NCBI GenBank assembly: GCA_035512775.1
Contig: DATKDI010000049.1
Location: forward strand, 17,137-81,136
Direction: 5' to 3'
Source: Actinomycetota bacterium
GTDB lineage: Bacteria; Actinomycetota; UBA4738; HRBIN12
Length of the DNA stretch: 64,000 bases
Positions within the stretch are counted from its first letter, which is position 1. The number at the start of each line of letters is the position of its first letter. The translations under genes were made by a program, and so were the position numbers. The notes beneath the pieces are model-generated. The model was not told where the DNA came from. It saw only the letters and a list, made by a program, of their open reading frames with translations, and made no database searches. Below are positions 62,815 through 64,000 of this stretch, one piece after another.

Positions 62815-63729
62815 ATGAAGCTCGACTTCCGACGGATGACGCTGCTGATGGGGGTCCTTGTCCTCGTGGCGGCCGGCTGTGGAGAGGACACCCCGCCGGC
62901 GGACGACGGTGGCACGCCGGTCGGCGAGGAAACCATCTGCTCCACGTACGACGCCAACGCGGGCGACCTGCTCGCGGAGATCTGCACCAACGGGGAGATC
63001 CGGGTCTCGACGGATCCCGCCTATCCGCCGCAGTCGGAGCTGAACCCGGAGACGGGTGAGTACGAGGGCTTCGACATCGACGTCGCGACCGAGATCGCCG
63101 ATCGCCTCGGCGTGGACATCGCGTGGGAGACGCCGGCCTGGGAGATCCTCACCGCCGGAAGCTGGAACAACCGCTGGGACATGAGCGTCGGATCGATGAC
63201 GCCCGTCAACGAGCGGCAGGAGGTCCTCAACTTCACCGAGCCGTACTCCTTCGTCCCGGCGGTCATCGTCGTCCACGAGGACTCCACCGCCTCGGACGTG
63301 ACGACCGACCTCGACGGGAAGAAGGTCGGTGTCTGCGCGGACTGCACCTACCAGTTCTACTTGGAGAAGAGCCTCGAGATCTCCGGGTTCGAGTTCGAGT
63401 TCGTGATCGACGACACGGTCGTCCAGGGCTACGACACCGACACCACCGCCCTCCAGGATCTCGCGCTCGGAGACGGCACCCGGCTCGATGCCGTGATGAC
63501 CTCGTCGCCGGTCGCAGTGGCGTTCGCCGCGGAGAACCCGGTGAAGATCGTGGGGGATCCGGTGTTCGGGGAGCCCCTCGCGATCGCCTTCGACAAGTCC
63601 TCGGAGCTGGACGGCGCGACGCTGCTGGATGCCGTCGACCAGATTGTCGCCGACCTGCACTCGGAAGGGACGCTCAGCGAACTCTCGCTGCAGTGGTACG
63701 ACGGCGTCGACGTCACGAAGGTCACGTAG
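62815..63729 (+). CDS. polar amino acid ABC transporter substrate-binding lipoprotein (SBP_bac_3-like)
   Basis: Lipoprotein signal LVLVAAGC. GFDIDVATEIADRLGV and ...LLDAVDQIVADL... are typical of family-3 solute-binding proteins. Confidence 0.7.
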   Translation: MKLDFRRMTLLMGVLVLVAAGCGEDTPPADDGGTPVGEETICSTYDANAGDLLAEICTNGEIRVSTDPAYPPQSELNPETGEYEGFDIDVATEIADRLGVDIAWETPAWEILTAGSWNNRWDMSVGSMTPVNERQEVLNFTEPYSFVPAVIVVHEDSTASDVTTDLDGKKVGVCADCTYQFYLEKSLEISGFEFEFVIDDTVVQGYDTDTTALQDLALGDGTRLDAVMTSSPVAVAFAAENPVKIVGDPVFGEPLAIAFDKSSELDGATLLDAVDQIVADLHSEGTLSELSLQWYDGVDVTKVT

Positions 63730-63748
63730 CGCCGAGCGCGTAGCCACC

Positions 63749-64000
63749 GTGACCACGGACGACATGGGGACCGGGGCGACCCGGTCCCCGCTCGTTCCCT
63801 CCCAGCGCAAGAGGGATCGTCTCGCCCTCGCCAGCGCGGGCGTCTCCTTCAGGGTGAAGGTGACGCTCGTCTGGTTCGCCATCCTCGGGGTGCTGGGCTT
63901 CCTCTTCTGGTCTTCCTCGTTCGACAACGGATGGATCGGGGAGCACATCGGTTTCATCGCCCGAGGCCTGACCTTCACGCTGATCATGGCGGCCGGAGGC
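63749..64000 (+). CDS. amino acid ABC transporter permease, 3'-truncated at window end
   Basis: ...VKVTLVWFAILGVLGFLFW...GLTFTLIMAAG is typical of the N-terminus of His/Glu/Gln/Arg-type permeases. It directly follows the SBP gene. Confidence 0.5.
   Translation, partial: MTTDDMGTGATRSPLVPSQRKRDRLALASAGVSFRVKVTLVWFAILGVLGFLFWSSSFDNGWIGEHIGFIARGLTFTLIMAAGG

Noticed and set aside
61696-63987. 763-aa minus-strand ORF
   Set aside because: It is antisense to the two lipoprotein/SBP genes, with Ser/Ala/Arg-rich low complexity.
1-64000. Mobile elements, prophage or integron signatures
   Set aside because: No transposase, integrase, recombinase, attC-like sites or phage structural genes were recognised in any frame. 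The ANT gene and HNH gene have no mobile context.

Overview
The window is a visibly GC-rich (roughly 70%, not computed) chromosomal segment with Actinomycetota-type content and gene order. No CRISPR arrays, transposases, integrases or rRNA genes were seen. There is one tRNA, tRNA-Leu(CAA).

Right-hand ~40 kb: a highly conserved core block.
- A complete dcw cluster: mraZ-rsmH-ftsL-ftsI-murE-murF-mraY-murD-ftsW-murG-murC-murB-ftsQ-ftsZ, with no ftsA.
- Then yggS-sepF-yggT-divIVA, ileS on the minus strand behind a T-box leader, a DUF167 gene, a dksA/traR-like gene, lspA-rluD and dnaE1.
- Then a HisA-family gene fused into a trpC-trpB-trpA operon, a five-gene Liv-type branched-chain amino-acid ABC transporter, an ornithine cyclodeaminase-family gene, tRNA-Leu and two lipoprotein or substrate-binding genes.

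Left-hand ~23 kb: more accessory-like content.
- psuK-psuG for pseudouridine catabolism.
- A translationally coupled minus-strand operon of UDP-sulfoquinovose synthase (SQD1/SqdB/Agl3 family), a membrane-anchored GT2 and a large polytopic GT-C-like membrane protein.
- A short stretch of membrane-protein ORFs split across three frames (possibly frameshifted).
- A cysteine-desulfurase-like gene, DUF402, ornithine aminotransferase, an ANT-family nucleotidyltransferase and a DUF2630 gene.
- A LexA-box-controlled dnaE2-dinB translesion polymerase pair, DUF3040, a MerR regulator, the MoxR/DUF58/transglutaminase trio and a stand-alone HNH endonuclease.

Most noteworthy is the sulfoquinovose locus. 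Its partners are not the SQDG-lipid glycosyltransferases SqdX/SqdD. They are a Dpm1/GtrB-type polyprenol-phosphate glycosyltransferase and a GT-C-like membrane protein. This suggests an undescribed lipid-linked sulfoquinovosylation pathway for an envelope glycoconjugate.

Other items of interest:
- A lone HisA-family gene in the trp operon, a candidate TrpF/PriA function.
- A mycobacterial-type LexA box overlapping the dnaE2 start.
- Two short tandem repeats at gene junctions.
- A strongly RBS-supported 37-codon membrane micro-ORF between mraZ and rsmH.
- MraZ-box-like direct repeats.
- A T-box leader for ileS.

Many long ORFs in the six-frame track are antisense or off-frame artefacts of high GC and were rejected.
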